A stretch of 64,000 nucleotides of DNA, from the IMG/VR virus record IMGVR_UViG_3300007504_000003, positions 1 through 64,000 of that record, one strand, 5' to 3'. Numbering within the stretch: position 1 is the first letter of the stretch; each line of letters starts with the position of its first letter. The stretch comes from a virus. This document shows positions 1-8,636 of this stretch, in pieces. Under the pieces are notes generated by a model. That model saw nothing but the letters and a program-made list of their open reading frames with translations. It was not told the DNA's origin and did no database searches. The translations under genes were made by a program, and so were the position numbers.

Positions 1-497
1 CGCACGTCTGGGGACGGCTTCACCCGATACATCTCGTTGCCGTCGTTGAGGTCACCGACGACTACCCCCGCTGCGTGGACACCCGTTAGGACCGCATACA
101 GCCTCAAGAGGAGCTGATGGGTCGCGTCCTGCCCCAAGCCCGCCGAGTCCCGAAAACGCCGGTCAGACAGCTTGTGGAAGGCGGAGAAGCCCTTCAGGAA
201 GGGCATCGTGTACCCGATCACCTCGCCGGATCGGGTGGTCGCCAGATCGATGGGAGCCAGCACCTCCGAGGGCAGCCCCGTCGGGAATTCGCGGATCTTC
301 TGTCCCTTGAGCCGGAGGGCGTTTCTCTTTGCCCTCTGCTTATCCGGGGGGTCAGCCGGGTCGATGCGGTGGAAGACTTTGAGGGCCTGCCTGTTACCAA
401 ACCGGTAGACCTCGGCTTCGCCGCCCTTCGCGATGAAGGTGGGCTGACTCGGGTCTACCGAGTATCGCTTTCCACCGACGTAAACGTGCCGACTCAT
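1..497 (-). CDS. Ser/Thr protein kinase (YegI/TerY-P-type), N-terminal part; runs off the left edge
   Basis: Not in the ORF track. Manual translation from ATG at 497 gives MSRHVYVGGKRYSVDPSQPTFIAKGGEAEVYRFGNRQALKVFH...IGYTMPFL...HAAGVVVGDLNDGNEM, with a Gly-loop (AKGGEAEVY), ALK lysine and GDLNxxN catalytic loop. The ATG overlaps the TGA of the PP2C gene (ATGA). Confidence 0.85.
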   Translation of the reverse strand, partial: MSRHVYVGGKRYSVDPSQPTFIAKGGEAEVYRFGNRQALKVFHRIDPADPPDKQRAKRNALRLKGQKIREFPTGLPSEVLAPIDLATTRSGEVIGYTMPFLKGFSAFHKLSDRRFRDSAGLGQDATHQLLLRLYAVLTGVHAAGVVVGDLNDGNEMYRVKPSPDV

Positions 498-1321
498 GAA
501 GCCTCCTCAGGCTCCTCCGTTTCCTCGGAGGGCTTCCTCTGAATCCGGATGATGGAGCAATCGTCATCCAGCGGATTCTGAGCGGGTCGCCGGCCTCGCC
601 AGGGACCGCAGGCGATCAGCCGACGCCGGATGTTGGTGGGGTGCTCCATCCAGAGAGGGTCGTAGAACTGGCTGAGAGACCCGAGGGGCTTGTCCCCGTG
701 GGCGAGCCGCTGGGGGGTCACCACGAAGGGGAGAGCCCCGTCCGTCGCCAGGATGAGTCCGTTGACTTCAACGGTGGGCATCACCCGCTCGATCACGAAC
801 CCCGAGTTTTCTCCCACGTTCAGGAGAGCGTAGACCGGATACGAGGGCTGGTTCTCCTCGTCGATGAGGACGGGGTCTTCCTCGTTGACCTGATAGATCC
901 CGTCGCCCTTCCGGAAGAGGGTTGTTGTCTCCGGGGTCATCACCACCCCGACGACGGTAGCCATCATCTTGGTCGTGATGAAGTCCTGAAGAGGCTCTTG
1001 GAGCGTGGACGCCATTGTGATCACGGCGTTGAGCCACATGGCTCGGGCCGCTTCCAGGGCGACAGGGACTTCCATCGGGGTGTCAGAAGCGGTGTAGAAC
1101 CTCACGATGTTCCGCACCAGGGAAGTCGCCTGGAGCTTGGCTCCGATCTCGGAGTCGAGATCGAAGGAGAGGTTCCCTCCGGAGCAGCCGTCACAGACGA
1201 TAGCGACGAGCAGCTCCGGACTCTGGAAGAGAGCGAGAGCGTCCTGGTTGTTGAGCCCCTGTTCAAGGTGCCGCCGACCCAGGACCGACCCGGCCCCGAC
1301 GTGGAAGTCATTCATGGTCAC
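494..1321 (-). CDS. PP2C-like protein phosphatase (PphC/YegK-type)
   Basis: Motifs NNQDA, VCDGCS, LATDG and DDCS; lies between the vWA and kinase genes. Confidence 0.85.
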   Translation of the reverse strand: MTMNDFHVGAGSVLGRRHLEQGLNNQDALALFQSPELLVAIVCDGCSGGNLSFDLDSEIGAKLQATSLVRNIVRFYTASDTPMEVPVALEAARAMWLNAVITMASTLQEPLQDFITTKMMATVVGVVMTPETTTLFRKGDGIYQVNEEDPVLIDEENQPSYPVYALLNVGENSGFVIERVMPTVEVNGLILATDGALPFVVTPQRLAHGDKPLGSLSQFYDPLWMEHPTNIRRRLIACGPWRGRRPAQNPLDDDCSIIRIQRKPSEETEEPEEAS

Positions 1322-1367
1322 CCTCGGGTGACCCCGAGCCGGGTCCCGGCCTGGGGTAGCGGTCAGA

Positions 1368-2222
1368 TCAGGTGAAGAAGGTGGAGCTGGGGCCCGGGGC
1401 CACGGAGCCCGAGGAGACCTGACTCACGCTGGAGGAGATCCGGAGGAAGGCTCGGGTCACGTCGGCGTCGATGCCGATGCAGCCATCCTCGAAACCCATC
1501 TCCTTCGCGATGGCGTAGAAGGAGGACTGCTGGATGGGCGTAGCGGGGGTGTGGCGGGGATCGATGCCGACGAAGGCGAGGACGAACCGCTCGGACATGA
1601 TGAGGTCAGAGGCGACCTTCTGAAGCTCCGCGGCCTTCTTGACCTTCGCCGCCCCGGACAGCTCGGTCTCGCCGCCGTCGGTCATCACGATGCAGATGGT
1701 CGTGGTGGGCGTCGGGACGGGGGAGACCTCCTCGTTGTACTGGTGGTCCGCGACGGCGGCAGCCACCATGTCCTGCCAGGACTCCATGAGACGGGTGCAG
1801 CCCCCGTTGGCCCGGTAGTCGTACTCCCCGGGACCCGAGCCGAACCGCTGGGCGGACGAGAGGGGGGCGGCGGGGTGGATGACCCCGCACTGCGACCCGA
1901 ACCGCCACTGCGAGATCGCCATGTCACCCGAGCGGCTGTCCTTCTGGAGCTGGGCGAGCAGGGCGTTCTGACCCGCGATGACCTCCCGGACCTTGGAGGA
2001 CATGGAGCCGCTGTCGTCCACGAGGACGAAGATGTTGATCGCCTCGTTGACCCCCTGGCGGGTCAGGTCCGCTCCGCCGGCTCCGAGGGCGACGAGCGGG
2101 GAGGCCCCGCCAGCGAGCACCTGGGAGGAGGAGCGCGAGAGGATCGGGGCTTCACCCTTGGATGCCCCCGAGAGGAGGGAGGACAGACCGGAGAGACCGT
2201 TGATGGGGATGCTGGAAGACAT
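1368..2222 (-). CDS. von Willebrand factor A domain protein (TerY/YegL-like)
   Basis: MIDAS motif VLVDDSGSMS, GGCTRL, IVMTDG and LAFVGI. Confidence 0.85.
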   Translation of the reverse strand: MSSSIPINGLSGLSSLLSGASKGEAPILSRSSSQVLAGGASPLVALGAGGADLTRQGVNEAINIFVLVDDSGSMSSKVREVIAGQNALLAQLQKDSRSGDMAISQWRFGSQCGVIHPAAPLSSAQRFGSGPGEYDYRANGGCTRLMESWQDMVAAAVADHQYNEEVSPVPTPTTTICIVMTDGGETELSGAAKVKKAAELQKVASDLIMSERFVLAFVGIDPRHTPATPIQQSSFYAIAKEMGFEDGCIGIDADVTRAFLRISSSVSQVSSGSVAPGPSSTFFT

Positions 2223-2253
2223 TGCCTACTCGGTTGGTGTTGTGGGGGAAGGA

Positions 2254-3387
2254 CTACCGCAGGGCGGCGGGGAGGAAGTTGTCCGTGGTCCGGACGACGT
2301 TGATCCCCTCGGCCTTCCACTGCGCGAGAGCCGCCTGGGCGACCGCGGGGAAGTTCAGGGGGCTGGAGGCGTCGTTCTCGAACCCGGGGATGGCGGGGAC
2401 GGGGCTGGAGGCATCCTCCAGCACGTAGAGCTTCTTGACCAGATCCGGATCCCGAGCCGCGAAGTGCTTCTTGATCTGGTCCACCGTCGCACGGACACAG
2501 TGGGAGAGGGCCTCGCCCCAGATGACCACCACGTCGTACTGGACGAGCTTGTCGATGTAGCCCGCCCGGACCTCCTCACCGAGAACCACGCCGTCGATGA
2601 CGCCGACCTCGTCCCCGACGATGCCGTAGGACTCCGTGAACGCCTGATAGCCCTTGATATCCACGCCGTCGTCCGCCCGGCGAGTGACCTCGTGGAACAT
2701 CTGGACCTCAGAGAGGATCGGCATCAGCGAGTGGTGGGTGGAGCCGACGCGGCAGTGGTAGGGCCAGATGGTCAGGGGGGGCGAGCCCTGGTCCGCGAGC
2801 GTCTTGCAGTAGGCCGACGCGAGGTTCCGGGAGAACAGGGTGACGTAGGTATCCGTGCTCCCGTCCGGGTGCAGGCCAGTCACCACACCGAGGGTGTCCA
2901 CGGTCATCGTGGTGAAGGCCGGGGGCGGGGCCTTGGTCGTCGTGCTCCGCCAGAAGTCGGCGTGGAAGATCTGATACACCCGGTGGGTGTCCAGGCTGGG
3001 GAAGACCGCCGAGATGTACTGGAGGTTGTCCAAGATGAACTTGGACCCCCGGTAGGTGTCTCCGGGGGCCCCGGGGACGAACAGGGAGCCGCCCGACGGG
3101 GTCCAGGGGAGGTCGAGCCCGGAAGCCGTCCGCCCGAGCTGAACGTCCGGCGGGGCGCAGAATCCGACCTGGACGTCCACGGGGATCACCGCGACGGTCC
3201 CGCCGTTCTCCGAAGCGTCCAGAGACGCGGGCTTGATCCCGTGGGTCTCACGGAAGGCCCGAGCCTGGGCGGCGACCTCCTCTTCGCGGGTCAGATAGAC
3301 CATGCCCGCGACCTCGGGGTTGTTGATGAAGGGGCGGAAGAACTCGGGGTAAGGGAGCCCTGAGATGGGGCTGGTCTGAGTGGTCAC
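2254..3387 (-). CDS. Nicotinamidase/isochorismatase-like cysteine hydrolase
   Basis: VIPVDVQVGFC, SLDTH, IWPYHC, IKG and GEALSHCV give the D-K-C triad plus metal ligands. Start moved from 3681 to GTG 3387, which has a GAGGTG SD-like sequence upstream; ATG 3303 is an alternative. Confidence 0.8.
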   Translation of the reverse strand: MTTQTSPISGLPYPEFFRPFINNPEVAGMVYLTREEEVAAQARAFRETHGIKPASLDASENGGTVAVIPVDVQVGFCAPPDVQLGRTASGLDLPWTPSGGSLFVPGAPGDTYRGSKFILDNLQYISAVFPSLDTHRVYQIFHADFWRSTTTKAPPPAFTTMTVDTLGVVTGLHPDGSTDTYVTLFSRNLASAYCKTLADQGSPPLTIWPYHCRVGSTHHSLMPILSEVQMFHEVTRRADDGVDIKGYQAFTESYGIVGDEVGVIDGVVLGEEVRAGYIDKLVQYDVVVIWGEALSHCVRATVDQIKKHFAARDPDLVKKLYVLEDASSPVPAIPGFENDASSPLNFPAVAQAALAQWKAEGINVVRTTDNFLPAALR

Positions 3388-3478
3388 TCGCACCTCTTTC
3401 TCGCGTTGCCGGTGGCTTTCCCTCCGAATTTGAGCCTTTTGCTCAAAACCGGTTGGAAGTGCTCCTTTCTTACTCTCT

Positions 3479-3504
3479 TCTACGAACAACAGCAAGAAAG
3501 TTGC
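3479..3504 (-). promoter_or_regulatory. Candidate early promoter GCAACTTTCT-N10-CGTAGA
   Basis: Same layout and 10-nt spacer as the motifs at 13497, 22088 and 57527; lies upstream of the leftward operon. Confidence 0.5.
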
Positions 3505-3516
3505 CGGAGATCCGCA

Positions 3517-3540
3517 AAAAAAATCCCACCGGTAGGGTGG
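3517..3540 (-). terminator. Possible intrinsic terminator (minus strand)
   Basis: CCACC-ctacc-GGTGG hairpin followed by a T-run on the minus strand; the stem is short. Confidence 0.25.
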
Positions 3541-3571
3541 TGCAACAGGCTGATCAGGAGTGATTAGAGCC

Positions 3572-4168
3572 ATGCGGATTGCTATTGAGGGACCTCCAGG
3601 CGTAGGGAAATCCAGTCTTTGTAGATCTTTGTCAGCTCTCATTCCGGGCTCTCTGGTCGTGGAAGAGCCGGTGCTGTCCAATCCCTATCTGGGGGATTAC
3701 TACCTGGAGCCGGCTCGCTGGGCTCTAGCGATGCAACTGGACCTGTTGACCCAGCGAGCCCTGGCTGCTCATGCCCAGCAAGACACAGCCGGGATCCAAT
3801 TCTTCGACCGCTCCCTGATTGGCGATCAGATCTTCGCCCGAGCGGTCTACCAGATGGGGCTGATGGAGGAGCGCGAGTACGAGACCTACCGAAAGGTCTT
3901 CGCCTCCCTCACAGTTCAGGTTCAGGTGGAGCCTGAACTGCTGGTCTATCTTCAAGCCCCGCCTGAAGTAGTCTTCAACCGGATCCAGGCCCGCAACCGA
4001 CCGGAGGAGACTGAAGGGCCCGGAATCCCTTACGAGTACCTCGTCAAAGTCTGGGAAGAGTACGAGATGTACATGAAGGGATCGATGGGCAACAACATTC
4101 TCGTCATCAACTGGTCCAGCTTCCAGCCCGCGGAAGCTGTTCTCAACCAGCTTCGCCCTTATGTCTGA
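3572..4168 (+). CDS. Deoxynucleoside kinase
   Basis: IAIEGPPGVGKS P-loop, EEPV, FDRSLIGDQIFA, VYLQA and RIQARNRPEE. Confidence 0.9.
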   Translation: MRIAIEGPPGVGKSSLCRSLSALIPGSLVVEEPVLSNPYLGDYYLEPARWALAMQLDLLTQRALAAHAQQDTAGIQFFDRSLIGDQIFARAVYQMGLMEEREYETYRKVFASLTVQVQVEPELLVYLQAPPEVVFNRIQARNRPEETEGPGIPYEYLVKVWEEYEMYMKGSMGNNILVINWSSFQPAEAVLNQLRPYV

Positions 4169-4547
4169 GCCCGCTATACGAGCGATCGTGACGATCGCCT
4201 ATGACCGATTGAGGGTCAAAAGTAGCCATGCGCTCGTCAGCGAGCGAGACCATGCTCTTGCTGCGACGTGGCCCTCCGGGGGCCAGAGTCAACTCGCTCA
4301 TGGGCTACTCTTTGAGAGTATCCGACGAGAAGCCATTCTCTGCTTTCTCATCTGCCTTCAACGAGACCCGGAGTGGCTGACGAAGCTCCAGACTCTATCG
4401 GACGCCCGCAGAGCGGAAGCGATAGCGGAGATCGCTCAGAAAGTCGAGGCTTCCATCAAAACCTCGTTGAGTCGCTTGAGTCTCCGAGCGGTGGAGGAGA
4501 CTTATGCCTCTATGGTCAAACCCCTTGGTGGTTCCGGGGATGCGTAG
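4161..4547 (+). CDS. Hypothetical protein
   Basis: Overlaps the dNK stop (coupled); no motif recognised. Confidence 0.6.
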   Translation: MSEPAIRAIVTIAYDRLRVKSSHALVSERDHALAATWPSGGQSQLAHGLLFESIRREAILCFLICLQRDPEWLTKLQTLSDARRAEAIAEIAQKVEASIKTSLSRLSLRAVEETYASMVKPLGGSGDA

Positions 4548-5190
4548 CCGCCTTGCGTAGCCGCAGGCGCCAGCGCGCATTCTTATTAGAACAGTCCCGG
4601 GAGCAGTAGAGGCTGTTCTTCCTCGCGGCCTCCTCACAAGCCCTCCAGGCACAGGTGTGCTGGTCGCTCTTGGTCAGAGACTTCCACTCGGTTTCATGCC
4701 CGGGGCAGCAGAAAATCCGCTTCGTCGTGTTTCGGATTTCCAGCTTCTTATCCGGGGTTACCCAGATAATCACCGGACATGATCCCAGGGTACAGGACAT
4801 AGCGACGTGCTCAAGCGTCGGGCGAGGGGCCAGGGCAGCTCTGTCCGCGGCTCGGACAGAAGCCGCTCTGGCTGCATCTGCTCGACGCTTTGCCTCACGC
4901 TGAGCCCGAGCGGCCTGTCGCTCAGCTTCCGCCGCCCGGCTGGCGGCTTCTTCTGCTTCAGCCGCCGCTCGGCGTTCACGCTCGGATTGCGTCCAAGCCG
5001 CGTATTGACGCGCCGCGACGGCTTCGATCTTTTCTTTCCCGTAGACGATCTTCCCGCAGGTGAAGCAATGAAGCTGGGAACCGTCCGGACCCGCCCCGAA
5101 GTAATGAGTCTTTTCGGTCTCCAGTCCGACGTTGGTGCTGCCGCACTTGGGGCAGCAAACTCGGAAAGCAGTCGTGGTGTTGTGCGTCAT
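4516..5190 (-). CDS. Multi-zinc-finger protein with a central coiled coil
   Basis: CPKC, CFTC, CxxxxC, CxxxxC..YCSRDC motifs and an Ala/Glu/Arg-rich helix; start taken at ATG 5190. Confidence 0.65.
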   Translation of the reverse strand: MTHNTTTAFRVCCPKCGSTNVGLETEKTHYFGAGPDGSQLHCFTCGKIVYGKEKIEAVAARQYAAWTQSERERRAAAEAEEAASRAAEAERQAARAQREAKRRADAARAASVRAADRAALAPRPTLEHVAMSCTLGSCPVIIWVTPDKKLEIRNTTKRIFCCPGHETEWKSLTKSDQHTCAWRACEEAARKNSLYCSRDCSNKNARWRLRLRKAATHPRNHQGV

Positions 5191-5332
5191 GAGTAACCGG
5201 TGGGGCTCTTTATTAATACGAAGCTCCCCCGTCTTCTTATACACGGGAGACGAAAGACCTCGCGGTCTTGTGTGGAATCCGGTCGTCTGCCTGCTGGAAA
5301 AGGCGGCTAAGCAACCCAGCCCACTAAGAGTT

Positions 5333-5352
5333 CTATACCTCGGCGTGGGTAG
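5333..5352 (+). promoter_or_regulatory. Candidate late promoter CTAT-N12-GTAG
   Basis: CTAT ACCTCGGCGTGG GTAG, 12 nt upstream of ATG 5365; same spacing at 12385, 40528 and 44363. Confidence 0.5.
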
Positions 5353-5364
5353 GAATCAAGACCC

Positions 5365-6372
5365 ATGCAACGATCCGCCCGAGCTAGTGTCAAGCCCGTC
5401 CGTCAGCGGACGCAATACACCTGCGTCCCTTGCTCTCTCTCAATGGCTCTACAGGCGTTGGGGATCGACACGACTGAGGACGAGGTCAACAAAGTTCTCG
5501 GAGCCCGCCCCATGAAAGGGGCGAGCTGGGAGCAGGTACTCGCGGCGGCTCAGCACTACGGCTGTAGAGCTACGCTGACCATGCCGTCTACCGTGGCTCA
5601 ATTGAAATCCTGGACGGATCGCGGGGTCCCGGTACTCATCGCCTGGAATCCCGAAGGCCGGGAGTGGAGTCACGCGAGCACGGTCTTCCATGTAGAAGAC
5701 CGGGGGGAAGGAGAGCAATTTCTCCACATCGCAGACCCCAACATCCCCAACCCCAGCAAGACCGTCCGGGTTGTCCACGAGGACGAGTTTTACGGGAAGT
5801 GGTACGAGAAGTGGCCGAACTATCTTGTCCGCCGCCCGGCGGTCGCTATCGAACGGGAAGTGACCCCGGAAGGAAGACAGGTGCAAGCAAGCCGAAAGCC
5901 GGGTGACCCGGAGTACCAGGAGTGGGCTGAAGGGCAGCTTGAGGAAGTCGTCAGCCAAAAGGGTATCGAGGCTAGAAGCCTCCCAGGCCAGATCGGGATG
6001 CTCGCCTGGGAAAACGGCTACGAAGGGATCCCCCTTGAGCCCTGGCTCCTCTTCCTCGGCAAGACCTATCGCGTAGACGTGCGTGGGGAGCATAAGAAGG
6101 GCGAGAACGGTGCTCGGGGGATCTTCGCGGCTCAACGGGTCGCTGACCGGTGGCTGACCGCGAGGAAAAAGAAGAAGAAGACCCAACCTGTCGTTCAGAA
6201 GAAAGACCCCAACGCCCCAACCAAGAGGCCGGCTCCCAAGAAGAGGAATGAGATAGTCCGTCACCTCATGGAGAAGGGCGGACCTCGGGGCGGGACTCAC
6301 GGTGGGGGTAAGCGAACCCGGAATCGTCGTGACCGTCAGAAGTCCAAGCGTGACCTCCGACAGCACGACTAG
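5365..6372 (+). CDS. C39-like cysteine peptidase with a basic C-terminal extension
   Basis: QRTQYTCVPCSL (Q...C), WSHA (His), IADPN (Asp); contains RVADRWL. Confidence 0.8.
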   Translation: MQRSARASVKPVRQRTQYTCVPCSLSMALQALGIDTTEDEVNKVLGARPMKGASWEQVLAAAQHYGCRATLTMPSTVAQLKSWTDRGVPVLIAWNPEGREWSHASTVFHVEDRGEGEQFLHIADPNIPNPSKTVRVVHEDEFYGKWYEKWPNYLVRRPAVAIEREVTPEGRQVQASRKPGDPEYQEWAEGQLEEVVSQKGIEARSLPGQIGMLAWENGYEGIPLEPWLLFLGKTYRVDVRGEHKKGENGARGIFAAQRVADRWLTARKKKKKTQPVVQKKDPNAPTKRPAPKKRNEIVRHLMEKGGPRGGTHGGGKRTRNRRDRQKSKRDLRQHD

Positions 6373-6384
6373 GAGACCGAAGCA

Positions 6385-8166
6385 ATGATGACCCTGGCTG
6401 AGATGAAGGCTGCCCTTCAAGTGGACGCCAAGTTCCCGAAGGGCGTGAAAATGACCGTGGACGAAGTCGCTGCGGTTGTGGGGCCTGAGTTCAAAGAAAT
6501 GAACGAGGACCCCCCTCCTTCCGTGCTCAAGGTCCGGGAGGAGATGCAGAAGCAAGGGTCTTCCGCGGAAGACCTGATCTCCCGGCTCGCTTCGGAAAAC
6601 AACCTCCGCTTCCCAGGACGCGACCAGGAGGATCTGACCTCCCGTTTTGCCGGGATCGTCGAGGAAAACCCGGACTTCTTCCACGGCAACCTCGGGAAGA
6701 AGAGGGAAGAGATGCCCCAGCTCCGGGGGGAGCATCTTCCAGGCTTCTTGAACAGCCTGGAAGAAGGAGGCATCCAGGTGGTCCGTCTGCCGATCCCAGC
6801 GTCAACGCTGATGGCGACTCAGATGGAGATGGACAGCGAGAAAGTCTCCACTATGATCGCCAACGTGGAGTCCGGAAAGCAGACCCTTCAGGATCTCGCG
6901 GGAGAGGTTCTGGTCTCCCACGACAACCACATCCTCGATGGGCATCACCGATGGGCAGCCGTATTCGCCCTGGACCCCTCTTTTGAGATGCCCGCCATTC
7001 GGATCGGGATGGATATTGAGGGCTTGCTGGAAGCTGCTGAGATCTACGGCGGAGCGAAGCACGAGACCGTCAGACAGGCTTTCTCCGAGATCATCGCCAA
7101 GGCCGCTTCTGTAGAGGACTACGGGGATTCTCCCAGGATTGCGGCTTACCTGGGCTACCCGGTCCCCGAAGAGCCCGGAGTCCTGGTGTGGAACCTGCAA
7201 GCGTACATGAACGAAGGTCCAGGCGCCGCCGGGATGTTCAAGACGGTCAGGGATAAGCGAACCGCATCCGAAGGCGGTGCGGTTCCGATTCTCCTCCGCA
7301 TCCCGGCAGGAACAGTAGTTCACCAGATTCGTGCCTCTCGGGAAGGGCTGGTGAACCGGCTCCAGGCGACCGACTTGACTCCTGAGCGGAAGCACAGCGG
7401 GCTCTACGGCTTCAGGAAGGCGACGCAGAGGGACTGTGAGACCTGCATCCGGAAGCTCCAGCGGCGGGCTGTCAAGATCGCCAGGAAGCTCTGGGCCACG
7501 GAAGGTCAGGAAGCCGTGGACTTCCTGACCACCCACAAGGCCCGGACCAAGAGCAGGACCGCCAGGGTGCTGCTGACCGCGATGAAGGGGCTCGGCCCCC
7601 GCATCGCGGAGAAGATCTCCAAGGTAGCCTCTGTTGGGGGCCCCGTTGTCCAGCTCGCCACGGACGACACCGAGGTTCGGGTGTACGAGTCAGGAGGTCG
7701 CTTCTTCGGCCTCAGCTCGACGGAAGGAGAGAGCACTCTTCAGGCCAGTGACTTCAGCCATAGCCAGATGGCTGCCTGGATTCGTGAACGGATCGCGAGA
7801 AACCCGAGCATGACCGTCCTCTCCCACGACCAGGAGCGATTCGTTCTGGAAGTTCCCACGGGGGGCGTCGGGAAGACCGCCAGCGGGAGCCACGGTCTCT
7901 ATGGGTTCCGGTCCAAGACAGCCGATCGATGCCTCCAGGCGTGCTCTCAGGTGCGGAAGGCTTCCGGCGCGGTCGCTGTTGATCTTCACCGACGTCGAGC
8001 AGAGCAGCACGGCAGGATCACCGGATTCCTCAAGGCTCATTGCAGCGGGAGTCGGTGTCAATTCGCCAAGATGTTGCTCGACGCCTATCCGGACGCAAAC
8101 CGCCGACTCGCGTCAGTGGAGCTGCCCCCGCCGCCCAACTCCGTTGAAGGCTGGCTGAGCCTCTAG
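6385..8166 (+). CDS. Multidomain protein with a ParB/Srx-like domain and a duplicated GLYGF module; putative virion protein
   Basis: VLVSHDNHILDGHHRWAA motif, two GLYGF..C..C modules and six [KR]xAS sites. Confidence 0.7.
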   Translation: MMTLAEMKAALQVDAKFPKGVKMTVDEVAAVVGPEFKEMNEDPPPSVLKVREEMQKQGSSAEDLISRLASENNLRFPGRDQEDLTSRFAGIVEENPDFFHGNLGKKREEMPQLRGEHLPGFLNSLEEGGIQVVRLPIPASTLMATQMEMDSEKVSTMIANVESGKQTLQDLAGEVLVSHDNHILDGHHRWAAVFALDPSFEMPAIRIGMDIEGLLEAAEIYGGAKHETVRQAFSEIIAKAASVEDYGDSPRIAAYLGYPVPEEPGVLVWNLQAYMNEGPGAAGMFKTVRDKRTASEGGAVPILLRIPAGTVVHQIRASREGLVNRLQATDLTPERKHSGLYGFRKATQRDCETCIRKLQRRAVKIARKLWATEGQEAVDFLTTHKARTKSRTARVLLTAMKGLGPRIAEKISKVASVGGPVVQLATDDTEVRVYESGGRFFGLSSTEGESTLQASDFSHSQMAAWIRERIARNPSMTVLSHDQERFVLEVPTGGVGKTASGSHGLYGFRSKTADRCLQACSQVRKASGAVAVDLHRRRAEQHGRITGFLKAHCSGSRCQFAKMLLDAYPDANRRLASVELPPPPNSVEGWLSL

Positions 8167-8636
8167 CGGAAGAAAACTCGCGGGGTGTCCTGAACCTCTT
8201 CCAGAGCACTGAGGAGCTGACTCCTCAGTACCGGGTCTTGTAGACGAGCTACAAGATTCCCAGCCTCTCGCTTGGGCTGGACCTTCACGGTAACCGAGAA
8301 GAATTCATCGAACCGGGGTCCGAGGGCTCTCTTCAACTCATCTACTGAAGCGTCTCGACGGAGACGATACCGCGGCTCAGGGACTTTGACGTGGCATTTC
8401 GTCTTTCCCGATCCTGCCAACACCTGCCTGCCCGGTTGGTTGCCGCCGGCAGAGAGAGCTGCTGGCCGCAGATGCCTCCGTTTGAGGAGGTCAAAGACCT
8501 TGTTGGCGTGAGTGATGGTCTCCCAGAGAAAGGATCCGAGGTCCACTCGACGAGCCGTGGTTGCAGTCGCGACCTCTGCCTCAATCGCAGAGAGCAAGGC
8601 AGAAAGATCTTGTCGGAAGTGTTTAAGGTCCAACAC
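8163..8636 (-). CDS. Hypothetical protein
   Basis: GTG 8636 overlaps the TAG of the upstream gene; no family recognised. Confidence 0.55.
   Translation of the reverse strand: MLDLKHFRQDLSALLSAIEAEVATATTARRVDLGSFLWETITHANKVFDLLKRRHLRPAALSAGGNQPGRQVLAGSGKTKCHVKVPEPRYRLRRDASVDELKRALGPRFDEFFSVTVKVQPKREAGNLVARLQDPVLRSQLLSALEEVQDTPRVFFR

Noticed and set aside
1978-3363. 461-aa plus-strand ORF (likewise 1551-2303, 5449-6735, 10516-12390, 45652-46776, 50485-51810 and many shorter ones)
   Set aside because: Antisense shadows of motif-bearing genes; stop codons are scarce on the opposite strand of GC3-rich coding DNA and these ORFs show no recognisable motifs.
3388-3681. N-terminal extension of the 2254-3681 ORF
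   Set aside because: It overlaps the divergent dNK start and covers the promoter-like and terminator-like elements; the family-like sequence begins near 3387.
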